DNA of 64,000 nt from Roseovarius sp. (GTDB taxonomy: Bacteria; Pseudomonadota; Alphaproteobacteria; Rhodobacterales; Rhodobacteraceae): positions 2,977 to 66,976 of the forward strand of contig JBLWYG010000002.1 of the NCBI GenBank assembly GCA_048267045.1, written 5' to 3'. The position numbers were made by a program, and so were the translations under genes. The notes under the pieces were generated by a model. The model saw only the letters and a list, made by a program, of their open reading frames with translations. It did not search any database and had not been told where the DNA came from. Below, piece by piece: positions 39,357 through 48,905 of the stretch (positions within the stretch are counted from its first letter, which is position 1; each line of letters opens with the position of its first letter).

Positions 39357-39941
39357 ATGAGATCATTCATTCGGTTCGCCGATAACCTTTCCGCGTGGTT
39401 CGGAAAGGCGTTTGCCTGGCTGATCCTCCTGATGTCCCTGGGGACCGGTTACGAAGTTTTTGTCCGGTATGTGATGAACAATCCCACCGCCTGGGCGCTG
39501 GACGTGTCATTCATCATGTATGGAACGCTGTTCATGATGGGGGGGGCCTATACCCTGTCGCGTGGGGGCCATGTCCGGGGCGATTTCCTCTACCGGCTGC
39601 TGCAGCCCAGAACGCAGGCCAAGATCGACTTTGTGTTGTATCTGGTCTTCTTCTTCCCCGGCGTGACAGCGCTGATTTTTGCCGGTTGGAAATATGCCGC
39701 CCGGTCATGGCAGTACGGCGAAGTGTCCGTCAACAGTCCGGCGGGCGTGCCGATCTACCAGTTCAAGGCGGTGATCGTGGCTGCGGGCATACTGCTGTTC
39801 ATTCAGGGATTGGCGCAGATGTGCCGGTGCATTCTGGCAATGCGTGACAACTACTGGCTTGAGGCCGACGAGGACGTCTTTGAGACCGAAGACCTCATCA
39901 TGCGGGCTGCAAACAAGGCCGAGAAAGACCATATCACATGA
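39357..39941 (+). CDS. TRAP small permease DctQ
   Basis: YEVFVRYVMNNPT, GGHVRGD, four TM segments. Confidence 0.9.
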   Translation: MRSFIRFADNLSAWFGKAFAWLILLMSLGTGYEVFVRYVMNNPTAWALDVSFIMYGTLFMMGGAYTLSRGGHVRGDFLYRLLQPRTQAKIDFVLYLVFFFPGVTALIFAGWKYAARSWQYGEVSVNSPAGVPIYQFKAVIVAAGILLFIQGLAQMCRCILAMRDNYWLEADEDVFETEDLIMRAANKAEKDHIT

Positions 39942-41356
39942 CCGATCCGCAAATTGCCTTGATGATGCTTGGGCTGTTTATTGTCTTTGTTTTCCTTGGT
40001 TTCCCGATCGCCTTTACGCTGATGGCGATGGGCATAGGCTTTGGCTACTACGCGTATTTCGACGCCCGCCGCATGTGGCGCAGCTTTGACAGGCTGGACG
40101 AAACTGCGGGCCAGTGGGAGCAATGGACCACATGGTTCGAAGGGTTATTCAACAACCGAATATTCGATCTGTTCGTGAACCAGACGTTCACTGTGATGTC
40201 CAACGAAGTGCTGACCGCTGTGCCCCTGTTTCTGTTCATGGGCTATATCGTAGAGCGTGCGAATATCGTGGACCGGCTCTTTTCGACGCTCAATGTCGCC
40301 TCCAAGAACGTGCCCGGATCAATGGGCGTCGCCGCCCTGATCACCTGCGCGCTATTCGCGACCGCAACGGGGATCGTGGGCGCCGTGGTGACCCTGATGG
40401 GGCTGCTGGCGCTGCCGGCGATGCTGAAGGCGCGCTATGATCCGTCCTTTGCTGCGGGCATCATCTGCGCCGGCGGGACGCTGGGCATCCTGATTCCGCC
40501 CTCGATCATGTTGATCGTCTATGCGGCGGCCACCAATGTCTCCATCGTCAAATTGTACGCGGCCGCCCTGTTGCCGGGGCTGACGCTGGTCGGGCTTTAT
40601 CTGGTCTATATCGTGGCCCGGTCGATCTTGCAGCCGTCCTCGGCGCCCCGTCCCACCGATGACGAAGTGCCGGACATGCCGGCGGGCAAGCTGCTGCTGA
40701 TGATCGTCACCTCCTTTGTGCCGCTGGCATTTCTGATCTTTGCGGTGCTGGGATCGATCCTGTTCGGTCTTGCCACCCCGACCGAGGCGGCGTCGATCGG
40801 GGCGTTGGGCGGAATATTCCTGGCCTTCGTCTACCGTGCCATGACGTGGCAGCGGATGCGCGAAAGCGTCTATCTGACGGTACGCACCACGGCGATGGTC
40901 TGCTGGCTTTTTGTCGGCTCCTACACATTTTCGGCCGTGTTTTCCTATCTGGGCGGCGAGCAGGTGATCTCGGAATTCGTGCAGTCTCTGGATCTGTCAC
41001 CGATCATGTTCCTGATCCTGGCGCAGCTGATCATCTTTCTGCTGGGCTGGCCGCTGGAATGGTCCGAGATCATCATCATCTTCGTGCCGATCTTCCTGCC
41101 GCTGCTGGCCATCTTCGAGATTGATCCGCTGTTTTTCGGCATCCTCGTGGCGCTAAACCTGCAAACCAGCTTCTTGACGCCACCCATGGCCATGTCGGCC
41201 TATTACCTCAAGGGAATCGCCCCGCCCGAACTGCGTCTGACGCAAATCTTCAGGGGCGTAATGCCGTTTCTGTTCTGCGTCATCCTGTCGATGGTGTTGA
41301 TGTATGTCTTCCCGTCGATCGTGTTCTACCTGCCGGAGCAGTTCTATGGTCCGTGA
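39938..41356 (+). CDS. TRAP large permease DctM
   Basis: AVPLFLFMG, ATGIVGA, GTLGILIPPS, LQTSFLTPP. Confidence 0.93.
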   Translation: MTDPQIALMMLGLFIVFVFLGFPIAFTLMAMGIGFGYYAYFDARRMWRSFDRLDETAGQWEQWTTWFEGLFNNRIFDLFVNQTFTVMSNEVLTAVPLFLFMGYIVERANIVDRLFSTLNVASKNVPGSMGVAALITCALFATATGIVGAVVTLMGLLALPAMLKARYDPSFAAGIICAGGTLGILIPPSIMLIVYAAATNVSIVKLYAAALLPGLTLVGLYLVYIVARSILQPSSAPRPTDDEVPDMPAGKLLLMIVTSFVPLAFLIFAVLGSILFGLATPTEAASIGALGGIFLAFVYRAMTWQRMRESVYLTVRTTAMVCWLFVGSYTFSAVFSYLGGEQVISEFVQSLDLSPIMFLILAQLIIFLLGWPLEWSEIIIIFVPIFLPLLAIFEIDPLFFGILVALNLQTSFLTPPMAMSAYYLKGIAPPELRLTQIFRGVMPFLFCVILSMVLMYVFPSIVFYLPEQFYGP

Positions 41357-41375
41357 GGCAAGGCAATCCGCCGCC

Positions 41376-42707
41376 ATGGCACCTGCCCCCAGCGTTGCGC
41401 TGCTGCGCGACAGGCTGGCATCCGGTGCGCTGGACGCAATCACCCTGGTCGAGGGCTACATCTCGCGGATCGAGGCGCGCGAGCCGGAAGTGGGTGCTTG
41501 GGCGTGGTTCGACGCCGAATTTGTCCGCGCGCAGGCCCGCACGCTGGATGCCTACCGCCGCGCTGGCCGCCCGCTGGGGCGTTTGCACGGGCTGCCGGTC
41601 GGGATCAAGGACATCATCGACACCGCCCGGATCCCGACCGCCAATGGCTGTGCGCGCGATGCCGGTCGTGTGCCGCTGCGGGACGCATTTGTCGTCGAGC
41701 GGCTCAAAAGCGAGGGCGCGATCATCATGGGCAAGACGGTCACGACCGAGTTGGCCTTCATGCATCCGGGCAAGACCGCCAATCCCCATAATCTGGCCCA
41801 TTCGCCGGGCGGATCATCCCAAGGGTCCGCGGCGGCGGTAGCCGACGGCATGGTGCCGCTGGCCATCGGCACGCAGACCGGTGGCTCCGTTATCCGGCCC
41901 GCGTCCTACTGCGGGGTCACTGGCTACAAACCGACCTTCGGTGCGATCCCGCGCCGGGGCATCCTGACGCAATCGCCGTCGCTGGACACTGTCGGCGTAT
42001 TCGCCAGCGATCCCGCCGGGGCAGCGCTGCTCGCGGAGGTGCTCTTTGGCTTTGACGCCGACGATCCGGCGACCAATCCGGAACCGGCCCCCGCCCTTTT
42101 TGCCGCTGCCAATTCCAAGCCGCCGCTGACGCCTGTCTTTGGCTTTGTGCGTCCGCCGGGATGGGCCGACGCGGACTCGCAGCTGCAGGGTGCGTTCAGC
42201 GAACTGCTGGACGCGCTTGGCGATCAGGCGTTCGAAATCCCGCTTCCGTCCCTTTTTGACAGTGCCGCAGAGCATCGCAAGCTGATCAATTTCGCCGAGA
42301 TGGCGTATCATTTTTACCCCTATTGGAAGCATGGCCCTGACCAATTGGGACAGGAGACCCGCGATGCCATGGAAGAGGGAAACACGATCCCTGCCCGCGA
42401 TTACCTGTCGGCGCGCGACATGCCCAAGCTGCTGAATGCCGCATTGGACGAGATGCTGACGCGCTGCGATGCGATCCTGTGCCCTGCGGCGACTGGTCCC
42501 GCGCCCAAGGGGCTGGACACGACGGGCGATCCGATCTTCAATGGTCTCTGGACACTGTGCGGCACGCCCTGCATCAGCTTGCCGTTGCTGACGTCGCAAG
42601 AGGGGATGCCGATGGGTGTTCAACTGGTCGGTGCACGCGGCAATGACGCGCGGCTGATCCGCACCGCGCAATGGCTGCATGACTGGGCGGATGGTGCGTC
42701 CAAATGA
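41376..42707 (+). CDS. Amidase-signature family protein
   Basis: GIKDIID (Lys), GKTVTTE, PGGSSQGSAAAVA, GTQTGGSVIRPASYCG. Confidence 0.92.
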   Translation: MAPAPSVALLRDRLASGALDAITLVEGYISRIEAREPEVGAWAWFDAEFVRAQARTLDAYRRAGRPLGRLHGLPVGIKDIIDTARIPTANGCARDAGRVPLRDAFVVERLKSEGAIIMGKTVTTELAFMHPGKTANPHNLAHSPGGSSQGSAAAVADGMVPLAIGTQTGGSVIRPASYCGVTGYKPTFGAIPRRGILTQSPSLDTVGVFASDPAGAALLAEVLFGFDADDPATNPEPAPALFAAANSKPPLTPVFGFVRPPGWADADSQLQGAFSELLDALGDQAFEIPLPSLFDSAAEHRKLINFAEMAYHFYPYWKHGPDQLGQETRDAMEEGNTIPARDYLSARDMPKLLNAALDEMLTRCDAILCPAATGPAPKGLDTTGDPIFNGLWTLCGTPCISLPLLTSQEGMPMGVQLVGARGNDARLIRTAQWLHDWADGASK

Positions 42708-42720
42708 GGGGGTTGGAAAC

Positions 42721-42882
42721 ATGAACCGGATACTTGCGCTCTTTGCATTTGTCGCGCTGGCGGCATTCTTGCTGATCCTCGCGTTCAAGGTGCCCAGCCC
42801 CGATCTGGTGATCGTGATCATCATCACGCTGGCGTTCGTGGCTTTCGACTTTGCCACATCAAGCCGCAACAAGCAGGACTGA
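42721..42882 (+). CDS. Small two-helix membrane protein, 53 aa
   Basis: GAGG RBS; MNRILALFAFVALAAFLLIL...DLVIVIIIT; sits inside the operon. Confidence 0.7.
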   Translation: MNRILALFAFVALAAFLLILAFKVPSPDLVIVIIITLAFVAFDFATSSRNKQD

Positions 42883-42886
42883 CCGG

Positions 42887-43846
42887 GTGGCGAAGCCAGT
42901 CATCTGGATCACCCGCACCCTGTCTGACGCGACGCTGGACCGGGCCCGGCGTGACTACGAGGTCATTTGGGATGCCGCCGATACACCCGGCAGCGCCGAG
43001 GACATCATCGCGATGAGCGAAAAGGTGGACGGGATCATCCCCTGTCATTCCGAACAGTTGACCGCCGACGTGGTGGCACAGCTGGATCCCCGGCTGAGGA
43101 TCGTGGCGAACCATTCGGTCGGGGTGGATCATTGCGATTTGCCTGCACTGAAATCCAGGGGCATTACCGTCACCAACACACCCGGCGTCTTGTCCGATGC
43201 CACGGCGGAACTAGCCATGATGCTTATGCTGGCCGCCGCGCGCCACGCCGTCAGCGGAGATCGCATGGTGCGCACGCGGCAATGGGACAGTTGGTCCCCC
43301 GCGCTGCTGGTCGGAAAGCAGGTGACGGGCGCGCGTCTGGGGATCATCGGCATGGGAGGTGTGGGACGCGCCCTGGCCCGCAAGGCGCGTGGTTTCGATA
43401 TGGAAATCCACTACCACAACCGCCACCGCCTGGCGCCAAAGGATGAGGCCGGAGCTGTCTATCACGACGATCTGGGTGATCTTCTGGCGTTATCCGACTT
43501 TCTGTCGCTGCATTGCCCCGCCACGCCCCAGACAATTGGCCTGATGGGGCAAGACCGTCTTTCCCGCCTGCCCGAGGGCTGCGTGATCGTGAACACCGCG
43601 CGAGGCAATCTGATCGAAGAGACCGCATTGCTGGCGGCAATCAAGAGTGGGCATCTGGGGGCCGCAGGTCTTGACTGTTTCAAGATTGAGCCGGGCGGTA
43701 ACCCGGCATTCGCCGCGCATGACAATATCGTCATGATGCCTCATGTCGGCAGCGCCACGCGAACAACCCGCGACGCCATGGGGTTCAAGGCACTGGATAA
43801 TCTCGACGCCTTCTTTCGCGGTGAGGTCCCACCAGACCGGCTTTGA
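42887..43846 (+). CDS. D-2-hydroxyacid dehydrogenase (glyoxylate/hydroxypyruvate reductase-like)
   Basis: SVGVDH, TNTPGVLSDATAE, GIIGMGGVG, NTARG, PHVGSAT; GTG start. Confidence 0.92.
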   Translation: MAKPVIWITRTLSDATLDRARRDYEVIWDAADTPGSAEDIIAMSEKVDGIIPCHSEQLTADVVAQLDPRLRIVANHSVGVDHCDLPALKSRGITVTNTPGVLSDATAELAMMLMLAAARHAVSGDRMVRTRQWDSWSPALLVGKQVTGARLGIIGMGGVGRALARKARGFDMEIHYHNRHRLAPKDEAGAVYHDDLGDLLALSDFLSLHCPATPQTIGLMGQDRLSRLPEGCVIVNTARGNLIEETALLAAIKSGHLGAAGLDCFKIEPGGNPAFAAHDNIVMMPHVGSATRTTRDAMGFKALDNLDAFFRGEVPPDRL

Positions 43847-43901
43847 TCGGGCTTGGATATAGACGTACCCGTATGACCGGCTGCATGGGTTCCACCCGAT
43901 C

Positions 43902-44488
43902 CAGAACCATCATGGCCGCCTTGGCGGCCCAGCCGAATACGCCGAGGCGCGCATCGGCAGGCCGCCGTCGGTTTTTCAACGCGGACCGCGTCGATGGCAG
44001 CCTCGGCATCGCGCGTGGCACACGGATCACTTCACGGAGGCAGCAAATTCGCCTCGCACCAGGAAGGTCATCCGATGCCCGCCTTGCTCTGCTGCGCCGG
44101 CTGGGTGCGAGGTCTTGCCAGTCAGTTTGATTTCCAGGCCCTGTGACGCGCAGATGATTGGCGCAAAACAGAGCCATTGGACCAGCGCGTTCGCCGTTAA
44201 AGCGTTTCTCGAAAAACCTGAATCACAGCTTTTCGCGGACCGCGCGCACCATAATACCAGCGTTGCGCGCGTTTCGCCTTTATCTGATGTCTCAGGTTAA
44301 AGGCGAAACGCTTTAAACACTGAGGCGACGCCGTGCCCTGCCAGACCGGTCATGGCGCGGCTTGGCGAGAAGGACTTTATTGTATTCACGATATTGCGCG
44401 ACATTTCGCGATCTTCGCCGGAAACTTTGGGCCGCTTGTGGATTCCACATCGAAATTCGGTCAGGTCGATCACATCGGAATAGGTCAT
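43902..44488 (-). pseudogene. Decayed M20D amidohydrolase, MITE-interrupted, with internal deletions
   Basis: N-term LTEFRCGIHKRPKVSGED...GLAGHGVASVF|MITE|NGERAGPMALFCA; middle CASQGLEIKLTGKTSH (44105-44152); C-term GVFGWAAKAAMMVL (43902-43943); metal-binding motifs missing. Confidence 0.72.
44198..44315. mobile_element. 118-bp MITE with TA duplication (IS630-type target)
   Basis: 28-nt terminal inverted repeats, 21/28 match, both starting TAAAGCGTTTC; internal 14-bp hairpin 44269-44311; excising it restores the host reading frame. Confidence 0.85.
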
Positions 44489-44571
44489 GGATGATACCTG
44501 CGTCAGGCGCTTGGTTTCCGGCCCAAGACACCACGGCCAAAAGGCGCGCCAGGGCCGCGCCGCATCCACAG

Positions 44572-45255
44572 CTATCGGCAGAAATAAACCGCACCGCCCA
44601 CGCCGACCAGCGTCACCGCGCCGGCCGCGACGACGGCAGGGGCCGACAGAGCGGCGCCGATCGAGGCCCCGGAGGTGCCTAGGGCACCGGAGATGAAGCT
44701 GCCGGAGCCTTTCATGATCAACGCGCCGGAACTATGGTTTATGATCGCCCCCACATCCGGTGACAGCGCCGATTGCGCCGTGTTCATCGCGGCGCGGCCC
44801 GCAATATCCAGACCGGTGCGCGCCAGGGATCGGGCCTCGTCCTTTGTCGTGTTCACGCGCTCGCAGAACGTTCTGGGGTTCTTGCAGATCAGATAGGCAT
44901 TGCGTTCACCCTCGGAAAACCCCGTATAGGTACCTGCGTCCTTGTCGTAGATCAGGCAGAACGGCTTGCGCTCGGCATCGGTCAGACCCGGCGTGAATTC
45001 CCTCAGTGTCAGGTAGGCGGGGCAATCCACTTCGCCCCAACGCCCGAAAATCCGTTCGCGAACCGACGTGTTGCCTTTCATTTCCTTTTTCGGGACGAAC
45101 TGGTCCGGGTCGGTCATGTCCTGCGGCGATACCGTATAGTCAATCTGATGCAGTTCACCGTTCAGCGACGTAGTGCAGCTCGCCGCCCATGCGGGCGCGG
45201 CGACTGCCAATTGAAACAAGGCGAATATCGAGACGCGCAGCAACATCAGAAGCAT
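44572..45255 (-). CDS. Exported hypothetical protein with a Cys-containing domain and a Gly/Ala-rich hydrophobic C-terminus
   Basis: GGGAG RBS; signal peptide ..AAPAWA; five Cys in the soluble part; C-terminal GASIGAALSAPAVVAAGAVTLVGVGGAVY. Confidence 0.72.
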   Translation of the reverse strand: MLLMLLRVSIFALFQLAVAAPAWAASCTTSLNGELHQIDYTVSPQDMTDPDQFVPKKEMKGNTSVRERIFGRWGEVDCPAYLTLREFTPGLTDAERKPFCLIYDKDAGTYTGFSEGERNAYLICKNPRTFCERVNTTKDEARSLARTGLDIAGRAAMNTAQSALSPDVGAIINHSSGALIMKGSGSFISGALGTSGASIGAALSAPAVVAAGAVTLVGVGGAVYFCR

Positions 45256-45343
45256 GCTCCCTGCAAGGCTTTCGGGATGGCCGTGGCCCATGAAGAATGA
45301 TGACCCGCGTCCAGGCATTTGTCCGTTGGGCAATCTGCAGAAG

Positions 45344-46075
45344 TTACAACTCTGCGCCCGCTTTCTTTTCCAGCCATCTCAGATACGCATTCACGCCGAG
45401 CACTGCAATGATCCTCGGCGGTAACTTGCGTGGTAGCGCCGAAGACAGGGCGCGGTCCAGCATGTCGGACCGCGTCCCGGTCGCAAGCTCTGCCGCCAGT
45501 ATCCCCGATAGCGTCCTCCCGCGTCGTTCCCAGCCCCATTCTGACAGCACGCCGAGAAAGGGCCGTCTTCGACTTCCCTGACCACACTGACGGTATTTCT
45601 GCTAATGCAAAGCCTGCCGCCCCACCGATACTGCATTTCAACACCTTTCAGCATCGGAAAGTGCGCGGCAAAAGCGCCGACATGGGCGCGCGCGACGGCA
45701 TCAATGCGCCGCTGGTCCACCTTCATGGAGGGATCAAAGGTAAACCTGTTGTGCATGACGATACGGTGGCCGCCCGCAGATTGAACTCTGCGAACCGTCG
45801 TTCCCATCGGGTCAGCGCGCGCCGCGAGCGCGCCATCGACGCGTAGGTAGCATCAACCGACCCTCTAGAAGGCCAAAGCTGTTCAGGTGACCGTCAACGG
45901 CAAGAACGATGTTCGGCGCAGTCACCTTGCCTTTGGGCATCGTGGCGACCCAGTGCTTGTTCCGGTCAAGGGACGTGATCGGACTGTTCTCGAAAAATTG
46001 CACGCGGTTAGTAGCCAGCCCCGCTGCAACGCCGGGACTGTAGGCTGCGGGCTGGATGATTGCCGTGCAGGCAGT
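45344..46075 (-). pseudogene. 5'-truncated, frameshifted FAD-dependent (DAO/PuuB-like) oxidoreductase
   Basis: Fragments IIQPAAY...FFENSPI...VLAVDGH; FPMLKGVEMQYRWGGRLC...ACCQNG; TLSGILAAELA...LPP in three frames; no N-terminal GxGxxG. Confidence 0.8.
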
Positions 46076-46637
46076 GACTAAGATCGCGGAAATCATAGCA
46101 ATATGCTGATCGATGGATTTCGAGACCCGCTGGCTGTCAGCTTCGGATTTCGGACTGAAAAACGTCTGGTTCAGCCGGGTGTGATCGACAAGCATGCGCT
46201 TGAAGCTGGCAAACAGATAGGGGTTTGCGCCATTTCGCCAATCTGCTCGTGAAAGCGATATTGAGCCATGCCGCCTTCTCGGTCTCACCGGCGAGTGCCG
46301 CCGAAGTAAACCCGGATTGCACGGCTTTCAAATCCGCAATCTGCCGACTGGTTCTGTTTTCCGCAGCCAGCCTTGCGGTCTACGAATAGACCAGCGGCGC
46401 CGTCTGGAAAAACACGCGCATCACGGACAGGTCCATCGAAACCACCTTTGCGCCGCGGTTCTCTTCGAGCCGAACATAACCGTCGCCCGCGAGGCGGTGC
46501 AGGACCTCGCGCAGGGGTGTCTGCAAAATCCCATACTGCTCTGACAGGCTGACCTCATCCAGATCCGACCCCGGCGCGATGTCCTGCGACGGGATCCGCC
46601 TGCGCAGATCGGCCACGCAGTTCGATTTCTTGCTCGT
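46076..46637 (-). pseudogene. GntR (FCD) regulator pseudogene
   Basis: GGGAGG RBS followed by ACG instead of ATG; LDEVSLSEQYG..TPLREVL HTH; in-frame TAG at 46380-46382; frameshift; truncated after DQHIAMISAI. Confidence 0.8.
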
Positions 46638-46657
46638 TACCGCCTCCCGGCTCACAC

Positions 46658-46672
46658 AAGATGTACACACTT
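46658..46672. promoter_or_regulatory. Candidate GntR-type operator upstream of the gntR pseudogene
   Basis: Near-palindrome AAGATGTACACACTT with TGTACA core. Confidence 0.4.
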
Positions 46673-46869
46673 AAAATGCGAATCGATCAATGCGGATGTT
46701 TCCGTGGCGGACACGTTCGCAGCAGGGCGGGATTCCTACGTGTCGGACTCCCCGGTGGGGTACGGGTCTTTGGTTTCAGGCAGCGCCTTCCGCTGCCGCG
46801 CGGCTATCGATCAATCAGGCAGGTCCGCAACCCGCCGGGCGCGCTTCAAAAGAAGGTGGGGAACTCGGG

Positions 46870-47580
46870 CTACCCGCAATAGTGCGACCACAGTGCAGTT
46901 TGCGGTGGCGAGAAACGGTACTCGGGATGCGCTGGCGTCACACGTGGGCCGACGAAGTCGTCATGCACATAGATCAGATGCCCCGTTTCGGTCCTGACCC
47001 AGCCGCGATGGTCGAGGTCCCCGGAAAATCCATGATCCGGAAGTTGGTAGATCGAAGATGGAAATTCCATCCGAAGAGATTGGCAGATGAACTGGTCTTT
47101 TACCGCGGCTGTCAAAAACGGATCGGATCCCGGATCCGGAATAGTCACCAAATGACCGGCTTTGACACTTCGACTGCGAATTTCGAACGTCAGGGGATTG
47201 TCCAATTCGAAAAACCGGGTGGCTCCGCCGTGTCCAAACAGATTTTCTTCATCTTGCCACACATCGCCCGCAGCGAAAGTCAGGCGAAATGTTCCCGGCG
47301 GCACCAGTATCTTGAAGAAAGCGCCGCCATTTATAAAGGCCGCCAAGGCTTCTTTGCCTGTATCATCCTCAATGAGTTTCAGAAAGTAATCCTGTCCTTC
47401 GGGCGTTTTCACCTGAAGCGGAAATACTGCCGGCAGGCCCGTGCGGTTCCACATAAGCCCGGTCGGCCCGGAGGATGATGCCGCATCGTCCGCTCCGGCG
47501 CCCGCAAGTGGGGCCACCGCCCAGAACAGAAGCGCGAGGCCATATTTGGCCAACTTTCCGATACGCGGCAGCTTGGACAT
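46870..47580 (-). CDS. Exported hypothetical protein, 236 aa
   Basis: GAGGA RBS; signal peptide; GLMWNRTGLPAVFPLQVKT, VPPGTFRL beta-rich domain. Confidence 0.7.
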   Translation of the reverse strand: MSKLPRIGKLAKYGLALLFWAVAPLAGAGADDAASSSGPTGLMWNRTGLPAVFPLQVKTPEGQDYFLKLIEDDTGKEALAAFINGGAFFKILVPPGTFRLTFAAGDVWQDEENLFGHGGATRFFELDNPLTFEIRSRSVKAGHLVTIPDPGSDPFLTAAVKDQFICQSLRMEFPSSIYQLPDHGFSGDLDHRGWVRTETGHLIYVHDDFVGPRVTPAHPEYRFSPPQTALWSHYCG

Positions 47581-47819
47581 GTTATCCTCGTACGTTGGTT
47601 TCCCCTTTATATAGTAGTTACGGCAGCTCTTTTCTGCAAAGCTACCGCGCAAGGACGGTTGCCCGCCTGCGCGTGACCGCCCCCCGGGCAAAATACCAGT
47701 GCCATCACCGCTCAGACGGGGGGCATTATGGCCCGCAGGACTGATGATCCCCCGTTCGAAAAGTGAACACGGCGCGCACAGTCCATGATAGACTGACAAA
47801 ATAAGCGATGGAGGGAGAT

Positions 47820-48110
47820 ATGCGCTACATCACAATTACCACCTGGGAAATTGCCGCCGGGGAAAATCACGACATGGCCCTGCGCGCGATCGAGGAAAAA
47901 CGTCTGCCCGCATTGAAGGGTTTCGGCGCAAGCCGCGTTACGGTGATCCGCACAAGCGAACGGACCAGTGCGGTTATCACAGAATGGCCGGACAAATTCA
48001 CCAGGGATGCGGCGGAATTGAAAATCGACGAGGTTCGCAGATCAGCCCACCGCGAGGATCAAATGCGCATGACCGGTGAAATGAAGGGCGATATTGTCGC
48101 CGATGTCTGA
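47820..48110 (+). CDS. Small hypothetical protein, possibly ABM/dimeric alpha-beta barrel-like
   Basis: GAGGGAG RBS; MRYITITTW...VITEWPD pattern; fold call is a guess. Confidence 0.65.
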   Translation: MRYITITTWEIAAGENHDMALRAIEEKRLPALKGFGASRVTVIRTSERTSAVITEWPDKFTRDAAELKIDEVRRSAHREDQMRMTGEMKGDIVADV

Positions 48111-48487
48111 CACCCCCGCCCTGCGGGCCACGCCAGACCTGCCAGCTTGCCATTAAGGTCCGCAATGGCGACGCGCATTAGAAAGACTTTCTGGCGAACA
48201 CCATCAGGGGTGGCAGCTACCGCCCCTGCCCCCGCAGAACGGAACAACGTCCGCTCTGCTTTTGATCCCCCCCGAATGCCGCGCTTTGAATTGCGGCGCA
48301 TCAGCGTGAAGCCGCAGGCCAGCGCCGCCGGTGCGCAGGTGCCTGGCTGTTCTTGATGCTCACATCAGTGACGCGGCGGCTTGATCGCAGACAGACATCC
48401 GCACCCTGGTGATTGCCGATCCTGCCCGCCCTGCTTCGGGCCGCGTTGGCGCGCCGCGAAAGGCTCTAACTGTATCCCAGCCGGTTT

Positions 48488-48501
48488 TGTCAAGCTTGAC
48501 A
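48488..48501. promoter_or_regulatory. Perfect 14-bp palindrome containing a consensus -35 (TTGACA), upstream of the APC operon
   Basis: TGTCAAGCTTGACA; about 100 nt upstream of ATG 48604; no clear -10 seen. Confidence 0.55.
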
Positions 48502-48603
48502 TAAAGTCGCACCCTGTGCGTTACTGCCCTTCTAAAGTTTTCACTGCCAATAAACAGCGCCGCCCGAAAGAGCGCTGCCAATCATAACCAACAGGAGCAT
48601 TAA

Positions 48604-48894
48604 ATGCCTGACCTTACCGAACGCATCAAGAAGATGCACAGCCAAGATACCGCAGTTGCGTGGGCTTTTGTCGTCGGCCTCTGGCTGGCAATCATCTTTG
48701 TCGCTCTGGCCACCTGGAATCTCGCTCCCAGTGGCACGGCGCGCATTGTGTTGCTGATCGGCGGCGCGACAATCCTGGTACTCAACACGGCCGCGATCGT
48801 CGCCATGTTGCGCCATTATCGCGAGGATCGCGATTTCATGTACGGGCTGGACATCAAGTTCCTTGATCTTGCCCGGGCTCAGAAAAACCGCTGA
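48604..48894 (+). CDS. Small two-TM membrane protein (APC operon gene 1)
   Basis: CAGGAG RBS; two hydrophobic helices; C-terminal HYREDRDFMYGLDIKFLD. Confidence 0.8.
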   Translation: MPDLTERIKKMHSQDTAVAWAFVVGLWLAIIFVALATWNLAPSGTARIVLLIGGATILVLNTAAIVAMLRHYREDRDFMYGLDIKFLDLARAQKNR

Positions 48895-48905
48895 GAGGAC
48901 CCGAC

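Noticed and set aside
48149-48175. RVAIADLNG fragment resembling the N-terminus of glutamine-synthetase-like (PuuA) proteins
   Set aside because: Nine residues only, with no supporting flanking motifs; could be chance, and BLASTX would settle it
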